Source: Thalassobaculaceae bacterium (GTDB taxonomy: Bacteria; Pseudomonadota; Alphaproteobacteria; Thalassobaculales; Thalassobaculaceae). Taken from it: a stretch of DNA of 64,000 nt. The position numbers and the translations under genes are program-made. The stretch covers positions 3,184,457-3,248,456 of the forward strand of contig OY829383.1 in NCBI GenBank assembly GCA_963691835.1, in the 5' to 3' direction. The notes beneath the pieces were generated by a model. That model saw nothing but the letters and a program-made list of their open reading frames with translations. It was not told where the DNA came from and ran no database searches. This document shows positions 10,903-21,700 of this stretch, piece after piece (the stretch's first letter is position 1; every line of letters begins with the position of its first letter).

Positions 10903-11682
10903 ATGACGAGTTTTGAAGCGGACTTCGGACGAACGGCGGAGGACTATGCCCGGCATCGCGCCGGCTTTCCGCCCGAGCTGTTCGATCGTTTGGCTGAACT
11001 TGGTCTGGGCGGGGAGGGGCGTTCCGTTCTTGATATCGGGACGGGCACCGGCACGCTGGCGCGCGGGTTCGCGGAGCGCGGTGCGGCGGTAACGGGTCTC
11101 GACCGGTCGGCCGAGATGGTGGAGGGAGCCCGTGCCCTGGATGCGGAAGCGGGGGTGTCGGTGACCTACGCGGTCGGTACTGTGGAAGAGACCGGCCTGC
11201 CCGACGACTCATTCGATCTGGTGATTGCCGGGCAGTGCTGGCACTGGTTCGACGGCCCGGCGGCCTTTCGGGAGGCGGACAGACTGATCGCACCCGGCGG
11301 GGCGCTGGTCATCTGCCATTTCGATTGGCTTCCGCTGCCGGGCAACATGGTCGAGGCGACGGAGACGCTGATCCGAAGCCATAACGCCGAATGGCCGCTT
11401 TGGGGCGGGACAGGGTTCTATCCCCAGTGGGCAACGGGTGCCGCGGTCGCCGGTTTTCTTGACATCGAGACTTTCACCTTCGACGTCGGTCAGCCCTACA
11501 GCCATGAGGCCTGGCGCGGCCGGATCCGAGCCAGTGCCGGTGTCGGGGGCAGTCTGTCGCCGGATGAAGTGGGTGTCTTTGACGCGACGCTTGCCGGGAT
11601 ACTTGCTGATCAATTCCCGGAGGACCCGATGATCGTGCCGCACCGGGTGTTCGCGTTAATCGCGCACCCGCCAGCACATTGA
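10903..11682 (+). CDS. Class I SAM-dependent methyltransferase
   Basis: SAM-binding motif I VLDIGTGTGTLA, then AAVTGLDRSAEMV and FDLVIAGQCWHWF, as in Methyltransf_11-type enzymes. Confidence 0.75.
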   Translation: MTSFEADFGRTAEDYARHRAGFPPELFDRLAELGLGGEGRSVLDIGTGTGTLARGFAERGAAVTGLDRSAEMVEGARALDAEAGVSVTYAVGTVEETGLPDDSFDLVIAGQCWHWFDGPAAFREADRLIAPGGALVICHFDWLPLPGNMVEATETLIRSHNAEWPLWGGTGFYPQWATGAAVAGFLDIETFTFDVGQPYSHEAWRGRIRASAGVGGSLSPDEVGVFDATLAGILADQFPEDPMIVPHRVFALIAHPPAH

Positions 11683-11763
11683 CAGCCAACTGGCCGGATG
11701 GCCTAACCGCTCCGGGAACGCCACTGGAGCGCCCTTGCCGCCGATCCTATTGCCGAGTTCGCC

Positions 11764-13422
11764 GTGTCTTTTCGTGACGCCATTCTGCTGATTGTTCTGT
11801 GCCTGGCGGTTTTTCTGCCCGGAACCGCGACGATCCCCACATTGGACCGGGACGAGTCCAGGTTCGCCCAAGCCTCCAAACAGATGCTGGAGACCGGCGA
11901 CTGGATCGACATCCGGTTCCAGGATGTGCCAAGGCACAAGAAGCCAGCGGGTGCCTACTGGGCTCAGGCAGCGTCGGTAAAAACGGTGGGCGGGGACGAT
12001 CGCTCCGCCGTCTGGGCTTATCGGCTACCATCCGTCATTGCCGCGACGATCGCCGTACTGTTCACAGCAGCAACGGCGGTTCTGTTGTTTGGGCCGGGGC
12101 ATGGGCTGCTGGCCGGCGCCCTTCTTGCGACGTCGGTGCTCTTGGTCGTGGAAGCGCATCAGGCCAAGGCCGACGCCATCCTTTTGTCGACCGTCGCGGC
12201 TGCGATGTTTGCACTGGCCCGCATCCGCACGGGCTATGAGGCTGGATCCGTTCGTCCTCCCATCTGGGCCAGCACCCTTCTATGGGTGGCCGTTGGCGCC
12301 GGTGTTCTGACCAAAGGCCCGATCACGCCTTTGGTTGTGCTGAGTACGGCTGCGGCATTGAGTGTTTGGAACAGGGACGCGCGCTGGCTGCTTGGTTTGC
12401 GGCCCGTTTCCGGCGTTGCGATCGCCGCCCTGGTCGCGGCCCCCTGGTTCATCGCGATTCAGTCCCAAACCGGCGGGGACTTTTTGGAGAGTTCCGTCGG
12501 CAATGATCTGCTGCCGAAGCTGATCAGCGGACAGGAATCCCATGGGGCACCGCCGGGCTACTATCTTTTGCTGCTAACGGTCACCTTCTGGCCTGCCTCG
12601 CTGTTTGTTTGGCCTGCGCTCTTTCGCGGATGGAAAGACCGGGCCAAGCCCGCGATCCGCTTTCTCATCTGCTGGATCGTCCCGCTCTGGCTGATCTTCG
12701 AGATCGTTCCGACCAAACTTCCCCACTACGTCCTTCCGACCTATCCGGCGCTCGCAATCCTGGTTGCGGCGGCCCTTGTTCCCTTCTTGAGCGACCGCTC
12801 TGACGCATCGTATTTCGGTCGTCGTTGGGCAAAGGCTGTAGTGGTCGGCCTCTGGGGTTTGATCGGTGTGGGGCTGGCGGTCGCAGCCCCCCTAGCGCTC
12901 TTCCGTTTCGGTCCGGTCGATGGGCCAAGCTTTTTCGTCTGGGGGGGCGTCGCGGTTCTGGTTGTTCTTGTCCACCTGGCCGTCTGGGGCGCTGTCCGGA
13001 ACACGTGGCGGCTGGCGGTCTTAGGGTCTGTTGCAACCGGTGTTGCCGCGTTTGTCCTGATTCTTGGATTGGTCCTGCCCTCGCTCGAGCGGCTGACACT
13101 GGCGCCCAGACTGGCTGCAATGGCGGCTTCCCAGACATCCGGAGATGCAAGCCTTCCCATCTTCGCAACAGGATACCGGGAACCGAGCTTCGTTTTCGCG
13201 GTCGGTACGGACCTCATGCTGGCCACGCCAGATGAGATTGCTCAGTCCTTACCCGGTGGTGGCGCACTGGCCTTGGTGGAAGACCGCAACCGGGACGCAT
13301 TTCTCAAGGCACTCGAAGGCGTTGGGCGAACAGCGAAAGACGTCAGCAGCCCCGGGCCCGTCACAGGCTTGAACTACTCGAACGGCCGGGAAGTGACCAT
13401 CCGGCTATTCCTAATTGAGTAG
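11764..13422 (+). CDS. ArnT/PMT-like (GT-C fold) membrane glycosyltransferase
   Basis: 552-aa polytopic protein (GTG start). N-terminal TLDRDESRFAQASKQM...KPAGAYW resembles the first periplasmic loop motif of the ArnT / dolichyl-phosphate-mannose mannosyltransferase families. Confidence 0.65.
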   Translation: MSFRDAILLIVLCLAVFLPGTATIPTLDRDESRFAQASKQMLETGDWIDIRFQDVPRHKKPAGAYWAQAASVKTVGGDDRSAVWAYRLPSVIAATIAVLFTAATAVLLFGPGHGLLAGALLATSVLLVVEAHQAKADAILLSTVAAAMFALARIRTGYEAGSVRPPIWASTLLWVAVGAGVLTKGPITPLVVLSTAAALSVWNRDARWLLGLRPVSGVAIAALVAAPWFIAIQSQTGGDFLESSVGNDLLPKLISGQESHGAPPGYYLLLLTVTFWPASLFVWPALFRGWKDRAKPAIRFLICWIVPLWLIFEIVPTKLPHYVLPTYPALAILVAAALVPFLSDRSDASYFGRRWAKAVVVGLWGLIGVGLAVAAPLALFRFGPVDGPSFFVWGGVAVLVVLVHLAVWGAVRNTWRLAVLGSVATGVAAFVLILGLVLPSLERLTLAPRLAAMAASQTSGDASLPIFATGYREPSFVFAVGTDLMLATPDEIAQSLPGGGALALVEDRNRDAFLKALEGVGRTAKDVSSPGPVTGLNYSNGREVTIRLFLIE

Positions 13423-13517
13423 GACAATCTCTCCCAACCGTTGCTATCCGGCGCGCCATGTCCGAAACTCGCCGCGAGGCGTGGCAGCAAGACCGCGCCC
13501 CCATGAGGGAGATACAG

Positions 13518-14483
13518 ATGTTCAAGATTGCCCGCGCCGCGATCCTCGCGGCCCCTGTTGTGTTGTTCGGCGCCCATGCGCAGGCGGACACCTTCGTCCG
13601 GATGGTATCCGGACCCTCCGGCGGTTCCTGGTACCCGCTCGGCGCCAAGATCATGCAGATCTTCGAGGACGAGATTGACGGCATCGCCACGTCGAACACG
13701 TCTGGCGGCGGCATTTCCAACGTGAAGTCGGTTGCTGGCGGCGACGCGGAAATCGGCTGGTCCTACGCCCACACCGCCTACAACGGCTATATCGGCCGGG
13801 GCAAGTTCAACAAGAAGCAGAGCAACATCGCGCACTTCGCGACGCTCTACCCCGCGACGTTCCAGGTTGTCGTCCCGAAAGACAGCAAGATCCAGACGTT
13901 CGCGGACATGAAGGCGGCCAACATCAGCCCGGGCAAGACCGGCTGGACCGGAACGGCGTTCGCCGAGTCGATCATCAAGGCCTATGGCTTTGATTTTGCC
14001 GACATTAAGAAGAACGGCGGTACGGTCCACCACGTGAGCTACACCGAAAGCGTGGCGCTGATGAAGGACGGGCACATTGACGTGTTCATGGCGGCGACCG
14101 CCGTGCCCCAGTCCTCGCTGATCGAACTCAACCACAGCCCGGGCGTGCGTTTCGTCGGTCTCCCCCAGGCGAAACTGGAAGAGATCATCGCCGCGAACCC
14201 TGGCTTCATTAAGGGCAAGATCCACGCAGGTGCCTATGAGGGTGTCGACGCGGATATTCCGTCCCTCGGCATCGTGACGAACATGATCGTCAGCACGGAT
14301 CTGCCGGATGACCTCGTCTACAACATGTGCAAGTCGCTCTGGAGCAACTACGACGCCCTGGTCGCCGTGAAGAAGAACTGGGCCGGTGTGAGCCTAGAGC
14401 GGGCGCTTGAGGGTGCCGCCATCCCGGTTCATCCGGGCGCACAGCGTTGCTACGACGAACTCGGCGTGAAGAAGATCGGCTGA
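13518..14483 (+). CDS. TAXI-family TRAP transporter solute-binding protein
   Basis: Signal peptide MFKIARAAILAAPVVLFGAHAQA/D, then SGPSGGSWYPLGAKI..., typical for TAXI (TIGR02122-like) receptors. Followed by the fused permease gene. Start taken at the ATG at 13518. Confidence 0.8.
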   Translation: MFKIARAAILAAPVVLFGAHAQADTFVRMVSGPSGGSWYPLGAKIMQIFEDEIDGIATSNTSGGGISNVKSVAGGDAEIGWSYAHTAYNGYIGRGKFNKKQSNIAHFATLYPATFQVVVPKDSKIQTFADMKAANISPGKTGWTGTAFAESIIKAYGFDFADIKKNGGTVHHVSYTESVALMKDGHIDVFMAATAVPQSSLIELNHSPGVRFVGLPQAKLEEIIAANPGFIKGKIHAGAYEGVDADIPSLGIVTNMIVSTDLPDDLVYNMCKSLWSNYDALVAVKKNWAGVSLERALEGAAIPVHPGAQRCYDELGVKKIG

Positions 14484-14508
14484 TCTCGCATCGCTAAGCT
14501 GTACACAT

Positions 14509-14541
14509 GAAGGCGGGCGGGACCGTGTTCCGCCCGCCTTC
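14509..14541 (+). terminator. Strong GC hairpin between the TAXI receptor and permease genes (attenuator/terminator-like)
   Basis: gaaggcgggcgg (14509-14520) / loop gaccgtgtt / ccgcccgccttc (14530-14541): a perfect 12-bp stem 26 nt after the receptor stop, with no U-tract after it. Confidence 0.45.
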
Positions 14542-14580
14542 GGCTACCCCCATCATTGATCAAAACGAGATGGAAACGCC

Positions 14581-16602
14581 GTGAGCCAGACCGCGGATGC
14601 CGGAAAACCGTCCAATCGCCTCGACTACGGTGAAGTCCGCGAGGCGACGTTTATTGAGCAATTGCTGGCCGACCGCCGGTGGTCGATCGCGTTCAGCATC
14701 ACGCTTTTCTGTGCGGTGATCAGCGTTGCCCTGGCCCTGTTCCATCTCTACGTCGCGGCCTATGGCACACCGGAAAGCCGCTCCTTCAGGTCGGTCCATC
14801 TGACCGTGATGATGACGCTCGCGGTTCTCGTGAACCCTCTATTCCGCAAGAGCCATCGCGAGCCGATCCTGATCCCCGGCAACCCGGCGAACCCGCTCCG
14901 CGCGCTTGGTTTTGCCATCGACTTGTTCCTGGTCGGCCTGGTGATTCTGGTGCACGTCTGGACGATCTGGGACATCGAGGCTTTCCACCTCCGCTACGGA
15001 GAGAAAGAAACGCCGGACCTGATCATCGGCGGCATTCTGATCGCGCTGATCCTGGAGACCACGCGGCGTGCCGTCGGCATCGCCATGGTTTTCGTGACCG
15101 GTTTCTTCATCGTGCATGCGCTCTACGCGCACTACTTCTTCGGGTTCTTCTACGGCCCACCAACCCGGTTCGGGAAATACATCGACACCATCTTCATGAG
15201 CAGCGACGGCATATTCGGCATTCCGCTGCACGTGGCCGCGACGTACATCGTTCTGTTCATCGTCTTCGGCGGGGTGCTGATCCGCTCAGGTGCAGGACGG
15301 TTCTTCATTGATCTCGCGATCTCTCTGACCGGCCACAGAACCGGCGGCCCAGCGAAAGCGTCAACCGTGGCCAGCGGCTTTATGGGGACGGTTTCTGGGT
15401 CGGCCGTCGCCAACGTCGTGACCACGGGCTCGTTCACCATCCCGTTGATGAAGAACCTCGGCTATCGCGCGCGTTTCGCGGCTGCGGTCGAGGCCTGTGC
15501 CTCCTCCGGCGGGCAGATCACCCCGCCGATCATGGGGGCCGCCGCCTTCATCATCGCCGAGAATCTGACCACGTCTTACATCTCGGTCATCATCGCCGCG
15601 GCGATCCCGGCCTTCCTCTACTTTGCGACCGTCTACTTCATGGTGCATTTGGAGGCGGAGAAGCACGGCGTCGACAGCATCCCCGCGGAGAAGTTGCCGC
15701 GTCCGATGGAAGTCCTGGCCGAGGGCTGGCATTTGCTTCTGGCGCTGGCGGTTCTGATCGCCTTTCTCGCAGTGGGCTACACCCCGATGAAGTCGGCGTT
15801 CTGGGGCATCATCACGCTCATTGCGCTGAGCTTCATCAATGTGGGGACACGGATGAGTGCGGCCGACATCCTGGCCGCCTTCGAGTCCGGGGTTAAGGCG
15901 ACGGTCGGTGTGACGGTCGCCTGTGCCTGCGCCGGGATCATCATCGGCTCGGTCTTCGTCTCCGGCCTCGGGCTCAAGTTCACTCAGTCCGTCATCGATC
16001 TTTCGGGCGGCAATTTGCTGCTGCTGCTATCGCTGACGGCCATTGCCGCCATTCTGCTGGGCATGGGAATGACGACGACGGCGGTCTACATCACCGTCGC
16101 AGCCCTCATCGTGCCCTCGCTCGTGCAGATTGGGGTGGAGCCGATCGCGGCGCATATGTTCGCGTTCTACTTCGGGGTCGTCTCGACCATCACGCCGCCG
16201 GTGGCCCTCGCGTCCTTCGCGGCGGCGGCGATTGCGAAAACGCCGCCTATGGCGACCGCGTTTGAGTCCACCAAGGTTGGGATCGCCAAGTACATCGTTC
16301 CGTTCGCGTTCGTCTACAATCCGGCTCTGCTGTTCGAGGGCCCGATGTGGATGGTGGCCTATTCGGGGCTCATGGTGCTCTTCGGGTTGTGGGTCCTCTC
16401 GTTTGCGCTGGAAGGCTGGTTCAACGGTCGTCTGTCTGGGTTCATGAGGTTTGTTCCGCTCTTTGCGGCGGTTCTCATGCTGCTGCCGCCGCAAACCACG
16501 ATTCTTGGGGTCGACGGGCTGGTCTGGAACATCGTTGGGGCTGTGATCGGCGGAGGCTTGGTCTTTGTCCGCCGCCCGCGGCGGCTTCAGGCAGCGGAAT
16601 AG
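14581..16602 (+). CDS. TRAP transporter fused 4TM/12TM permease (TAXI type)
   Basis: 673-aa highly hydrophobic protein immediately after the TAXI receptor. Segments such as GGPAKASTVASGFMGTVSGSAVANVVTTGSFTIPLMK match the fused DctQM-like permeases of TAXI systems. Confidence 0.8.
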   Translation: MSQTADAGKPSNRLDYGEVREATFIEQLLADRRWSIAFSITLFCAVISVALALFHLYVAAYGTPESRSFRSVHLTVMMTLAVLVNPLFRKSHREPILIPGNPANPLRALGFAIDLFLVGLVILVHVWTIWDIEAFHLRYGEKETPDLIIGGILIALILETTRRAVGIAMVFVTGFFIVHALYAHYFFGFFYGPPTRFGKYIDTIFMSSDGIFGIPLHVAATYIVLFIVFGGVLIRSGAGRFFIDLAISLTGHRTGGPAKASTVASGFMGTVSGSAVANVVTTGSFTIPLMKNLGYRARFAAAVEACASSGGQITPPIMGAAAFIIAENLTTSYISVIIAAAIPAFLYFATVYFMVHLEAEKHGVDSIPAEKLPRPMEVLAEGWHLLLALAVLIAFLAVGYTPMKSAFWGIITLIALSFINVGTRMSAADILAAFESGVKATVGVTVACACAGIIIGSVFVSGLGLKFTQSVIDLSGGNLLLLLSLTAIAAILLGMGMTTTAVYITVAALIVPSLVQIGVEPIAAHMFAFYFGVVSTITPPVALASFAAAAIAKTPPMATAFESTKVGIAKYIVPFAFVYNPALLFEGPMWMVAYSGLMVLFGLWVLSFALEGWFNGRLSGFMRFVPLFAAVLMLLPPQTTILGVDGLVWNIVGAVIGGGLVFVRRPRRLQAAE

Positions 16603-16611
16603 GAGGGCGCC

Positions 16612-16839
16612 ATGGGAAACATCTTTCTCGGTAAGCCGCGCAACTGGGCGCTTTTGATCATCGCGGCCGTGCTGCTCATCGCGATGGGCGAGGTGCACTG
16701 GCACGTCTCGCGCTTCAATTGGTTCATGATCCTAACCCTTCTGATCGGTGCCGGGCTTGTTCTGGCGGTCGTTTTCGGGCATCGACCCGGTGAACGGGTC
16801 ATGCGCGAGCCTTTGCCCGATCTCGACGAAAACAACTGA
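16612..16839 (+). CDS. Small two-helix membrane protein (hypothetical)
   Basis: 75-aa ORF starting 10 nt after the permease stop, with two hydrophobic segments. No family recognised. Confidence 0.35.
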   Translation: MGNIFLGKPRNWALLIIAAVLLIAMGEVHWHVSRFNWFMILTLLIGAGLVLAVVFGHRPGERVMREPLPDLDENN

Positions 16840-16912
16840 CCGTCCGCCCGTTCGCACCGCCGTGGGCATGGTTGCCATTGCTTTCGGCTTCCGGGCGCAT
16901 GACTGTGTCGCC

Positions 16913-18763
16913 ATGACCGGGCTCCGCGTGTCAGAACGAAAAACAGGTTTGTCCGCCATTGTGTGGGCAGGACTGTCGTTCGTGGTGAGTATTGCGCTGC
17001 TTGCCGGCGGGACACCCAGCCGAGCGGCGGTCGATGCCGTGGCGTATCAGGTTGTGTTCACCGGGCTCGACGACTTTGAGGATCTTCGTCAGCTCATCGA
17101 AGACGGCTCCGGCCTGCTTGGCGGCGTGGAGAACCCACCGACATCGTTCCTGGCGCTTGATCGGCGTGCCGAAGCGGATATCAACCGGATCGACGCCACC
17201 CTCCGGTCGCAGGGGCACTACGACGGGGCGGCCCAAGCCGTGGTCCCGAGTGCGCGCATGGAGGGACAGCCCAGCGATGAGCCGGTCCTTGTCTTCGTCG
17301 ATGTGACACCGGGTCCGCTGTATCGTTTCTCCCAAGTGGGGATCCGGGCGACGGCGGGAACAGCGGCCGTCGGGCTGAAGATCGGACCCGAGCAGATCGG
17401 CTTCGCCGCTGGAGACGCGGCCCGCGCCCAGCCGATGGTCGAGGCGGGCATCACCATCGCGCGTGCCCTCCAGCAGGAGGGGTTCCCAAGGGCCAAAGTC
17501 ACCGACAAGCGGGTCGTGGTGGACCATACGGACCGCACGGTGTCCGTGACTTATGACATCAACGCCGGACCGCAGGCCCGTTTCGGGGCCGTCACCGTCA
17601 ATGGCTCCGGCGGGGTGGACCGGGGGTTCATTGTTCGCCGCCTCCCTTGGACCTTCGGCGACGTCGCCGATATCAGGAAGCTGGAAGAGGGCCGGAAAGC
17701 ACTTCTCGCGACCGGGATCTTCGAAAGCGTCAGGGTCGCGTTCGGCGAGACGATCGGCACGGACGGGCTCATCCCGATTGAGGTCGTCACCGTGGAACGT
17801 CCGCCGAGGCGGATCTCAGGGGGACTGTTCATCTCCACCGGGGACGAGGCGACCGTGAACGCGGAGTGGCAGCACCGCAATCTGCTTGGCGCGGGCGAGG
17901 CCGCGACCGTGAGCGGCCTGGTCGGCACCAAGAGCATCGTCACCTCTGCTGGTCTCACGTTCAGGGACGTGATCGTCAACGATCAGGACCTGAGATTGCT
18001 CGTTGAAGCCAAGGATACGGAGACGGACGCCTTCGAGAACAGAACGGTTCTCGTCAGCGCGGTCTTCCAACGGCCTGTGCTCGAGCGAGCGTTGGCGAAC
18101 TACGGCGTGTTCGTCGAACGCGTCATCATCGAGCAGGACAATCGGGAGTCGACGAACTCGACCCTCTTGGGTTTTCCGGTCGGCCTGAGCTTCGCCCGCA
18201 TCAAGGATCCCTTGAACCCGACCCGGGGTTACCGGATCGCCTACACAGCGACGCCCAGCTCTGATCTGGGCGAAAAGCAGGCTCACTTCTACTCCCTAAG
18301 CGCGGAACCCGTCGTCTACGTTCCGCTGAACAGGGACGAATCGCTGGTGCTGGCAAGCCGTCTCGGCGTTGGCGCCACTTTCGGGGCAAACACCGATGAT
18401 ATCCCCGCCGACCGCAGGCAGTACGCGGGTGGCAGCGCGTCGGTACGCGGATACAGCTTCCAGAGCGTCGGACCGCTCGATGACCAGAACGATCCGATCG
18501 GCGGCCGCTCGTCCATCGACGGGGCGGTGGAGTTGCGCTGGCGTTTCTTCGGAGATTTCGGCGTGGCGGGGTTTGTTGACTTCGGCCAGGTCTACGATGA
18601 CGAACTCCCAGACTTCGGGGAAAGCCTCCGGCTCGGCGCCGGTATCGGTGCGCGATATTTCTCCCCGATCGGGCCCATCCGGGCGGATCTCGCGATACCG
18701 CTGGACGCCCGGGACTCTGACGATGACTTTCAGCTTTATCTCAGCATCGGTCAGGCGTTTTAG
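16913..18763 (+). CDS. tamA: Omp85-family outer-membrane protein, TamA-like (translocation and assembly module)
   Basis: N-terminal signal/anchor (LSAIVWAGLSFVVSIALLA), POTRA-like repeats, a C-terminal surface-antigen barrel (GGSASVRGYSFQSVGP...) ending in ...SIGQAF, and position directly upstream of the TamB-like gene. Start chosen at the ATG at 16913; 16868 is also possible. Confidence 0.75.
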   Translation: MTGLRVSERKTGLSAIVWAGLSFVVSIALLAGGTPSRAAVDAVAYQVVFTGLDDFEDLRQLIEDGSGLLGGVENPPTSFLALDRRAEADINRIDATLRSQGHYDGAAQAVVPSARMEGQPSDEPVLVFVDVTPGPLYRFSQVGIRATAGTAAVGLKIGPEQIGFAAGDAARAQPMVEAGITIARALQQEGFPRAKVTDKRVVVDHTDRTVSVTYDINAGPQARFGAVTVNGSGGVDRGFIVRRLPWTFGDVADIRKLEEGRKALLATGIFESVRVAFGETIGTDGLIPIEVVTVERPPRRISGGLFISTGDEATVNAEWQHRNLLGAGEAATVSGLVGTKSIVTSAGLTFRDVIVNDQDLRLLVEAKDTETDAFENRTVLVSAVFQRPVLERALANYGVFVERVIIEQDNRESTNSTLLGFPVGLSFARIKDPLNPTRGYRIAYTATPSSDLGEKQAHFYSLSAEPVVYVPLNRDESLVLASRLGVGATFGANTDDIPADRRQYAGGSASVRGYSFQSVGPLDDQNDPIGGRSSIDGAVELRWRFFGDFGVAGFVDFGQVYDDELPDFGESLRLGAGIGARYFSPIGPIRADLAIPLDARDSDDDFQLYLSIGQAF

Positions 18764-18778
18764 GGGGCCGGGCGCGAT

Positions 18779-21700
18779 ATGGGACTCTTGCGGCGATTTC
18801 TGATCTGGGCTCTCGGGTTCGTTTTGCTGGTCCCGACGACCGTCCTGTTGCTGGTCGTCCTGGGCCTCCAAACCGAGGCGGGGCGCGGACTGCTGGCAGA
18901 GGGTGTCGCCAGAGCCTCCAGCGAGGCCGGCGCTCCCGTCCTGATCGGGCGCATCGAGGGGCGGGTGCCGTTCGATATGACGGCGAGGGATATCTCGGTC
19001 GCCGATCCGGACGGTATCTGGTTCGAGGCCGAAGCGCTCCAGGTGGTATGGGACCCCATGACCCTCCTCGCCGGACGCGCCCGTTTGGAAGCCGTGTCAC
19101 TTATCCGGGGAAAGGTTCACCGGGCGCCCCAGCCGCCGGAGGATGTTCAGCCGCCGCCACCGCCATCTCCCGTTCGGCTTCCGCCGATCCCCGCCATCGT
19201 TGACCGTCTGATCGTCGACGGCTTGGAAATCAGCGCCGACCTGGCGGGGGACCCGCTGACCATCGATGGGCGTTTCCACGCCCGTACCGCTGGCAGCCGG
19301 ATAACGGCGGACGGCTCCGTCACAGCAGCAACGGCGGACGGGCAGATCGGCTCCGCCGACCTCGAAACAGTTCTCGATGTGGCGGAGGACACGCTGTCGG
19401 TGTCTGTCGTTGCTGCGGCTGACCGGAACTCCGCAGTTCTCGAACAAATGATTCCAGTGACACTGCCTGGGGACATCCTTGTTCGATTGAAGGGCGACGG
19501 ACCCGTCGACGGATGGCGCGGCCGTCTCGACGCCTCCGCCGGTGATGGCGTTGGTTTGGCCGGTGATATTGTTCTCACCCGTCCGAGTGGCGTCGACCTG
19601 CGCATCTCACTGGACGGCGCCGCTGAGGTTCGGGGACTGCTAACGGACCCCGCCTTCCAAGAGCGTGCGGAGGTGATACCGGTTCGCGTGGTGACCTCCG
19701 TGGCTGAGAGCGGGGATGTCTCCCTCGAGGCCTTTCAGATCACCGGATACGGTGCCCAGGTCTCGGCATCCGGTCTGCTCAAGCCCGTACAACAGACCGC
19801 ATCCATGGACGCGACGCTTGAGATTTGGGACGGCGAACGCTTGCCGGTTCCGATGTCGCTGCCCAGGATCGGCGGCGGCTCGGTGACGCTCACCGCCAGA
19901 TTGGACGGAGACACTTTTGAAGCCGAGGTTAATGCGGCCTTGCGGGAGGGCTCGTTCGCCCGGCCTGAGATTGGTGTTCGCGCCCGGTCACTCGAAGCCC
20001 ATGCCGAAGTCTCTGGGGCGGTCCATGCGCTGATCGGTGACGGCCCAGAGAGCGCGGCGATCGAGGCTTCCTTATCGGTCGGCGGCATTGTTCCGTTGGA
20101 GGATACGCCAGAGCCGGTTGGCGCTGCGTTTGAAACCGTCGAACGCATTGAAGCCAGCTTGTCGGGGTCTGTTTCACGAAAAGGGCGCCTGGTGATCGTC
20201 GACCGTATCGGGGTGGATACGAACGTTGTCTCGCTCGAAGGGCAGGCGACGGCCACAGACTTTGCATGGGTCGAGCTCTCCGGTTCCGCCTCCGCGCCGG
20301 ATCTGTCTGTTCTGGAGCCAATAATCGGCCGTGCGATTGGTGGTGCGGCCGCAGTGTCGGCGGATGCGACGGTCGGCCTATCGCCCTTCGACGTCGCAGG
20401 CTTTCTGGAGGCCGAGATACAAGAACCGGCGTTGGGTGAGCCCGACATCGACCCGCTCCTTGGTCGGATCGTTACGGTCGATACGGCCATTGCCGCCGGT
20501 CCGGACGGGGCGATCGTCCTGGATGCCCTTTCCGTTGAGGCTGACTTGGCCACAGCGCGGGGACGGCTCTCTCTGACTGCCGCTGGTGCCATTGATGGAC
20601 GGTTGACGGCGAACGTACCGGATCTGAGCCCCCTGACCCGCATGGCCGGCCGCTCGGTCTCTGGCGCCGTGGAAACGTCGATTGATCTTGGCGGGTCGAT
20701 CGACGCCCCGGCTATCCAGGTGGATTGGAAGGCCCCAGGTTTGAGCATCGCCGAGGTACCGCCGTTGTCCGTCGTTGGTGGCAGTGCGGACCTACTGCTG
20801 GCGCTGGCGGAAGACCGGATCTCTGGAGATGTTTCTGCGGCGGCGCAGATCGATGGGGCGCCAGCGTCGCTTGCGGCTTCGGTCGCCATCGCGGATGCGG
20901 GAGACCGTTTGGAGATCCGGGACCTGCTGCTTGAAGGGCCGGCAACGCGGCTGACCGGTTCACTCAATGTCCGTCCGGCCGTGCAGCGGATCGACGGTGA
21001 GGTGTCAGGAGACATCGAGGATCTATCGGCCCTTGCTGCTCTTTCGCCGGGCGACACGCCCGAGATAGGAGGCTCGGCCTCGATACGGGCCGTGTTCTCG
21101 TCAACCAGCGGGCAGACCGGTGATGTTTCGGTCGTTGCCCGCGGTATTTCCGTTGGCGCGGTGTCCGTCGAGGCTGCGGAGGTCAATGGGCGTGTCGAAG
21201 ATCTGTTTGGCAGCCGCCTTGGCCGCATTGACGGAGCCATCTCTGGGATCGTGGCGGAAACCGCCCGGATCGACAGCACTGTTCTCGCCGCCCTTGTGGA
21301 TGGAGACGCTGTTTCCGCGAGCCTTCGACTTGGTGGATCTGTGGCGGTTCCGGACGGAGATCCGCTTGGCGTGACAGTCACCGGGGACGCACGCGGGACC
21401 CTTTCGGAGGCTGGGGCGGATGTGGTGCTGGAGAGGTTTGATGCAACGATCGCCGACCGGCGGCTCGGCCTCGTCTCGCCCGCGATGATTGGCGTCGCGA
21501 AAGAGGGAGGGTTCCTCAAGGGCCTTGCTATTGCGGTTGGAGAGAGCCGGATTCTGGCCGACGCGTCCCTGACGCGGGAGGATCTGTCCGGCCAAGTCAC
21601 GGTGACGGCTCTGCCGGTTGATATCGCCAGGGTCGTGGCCCCCTCCCTCGGCCTGGATGGCCGGATCGATGTCTCCGCGACTGTGGCTGGATCGCTCGCC

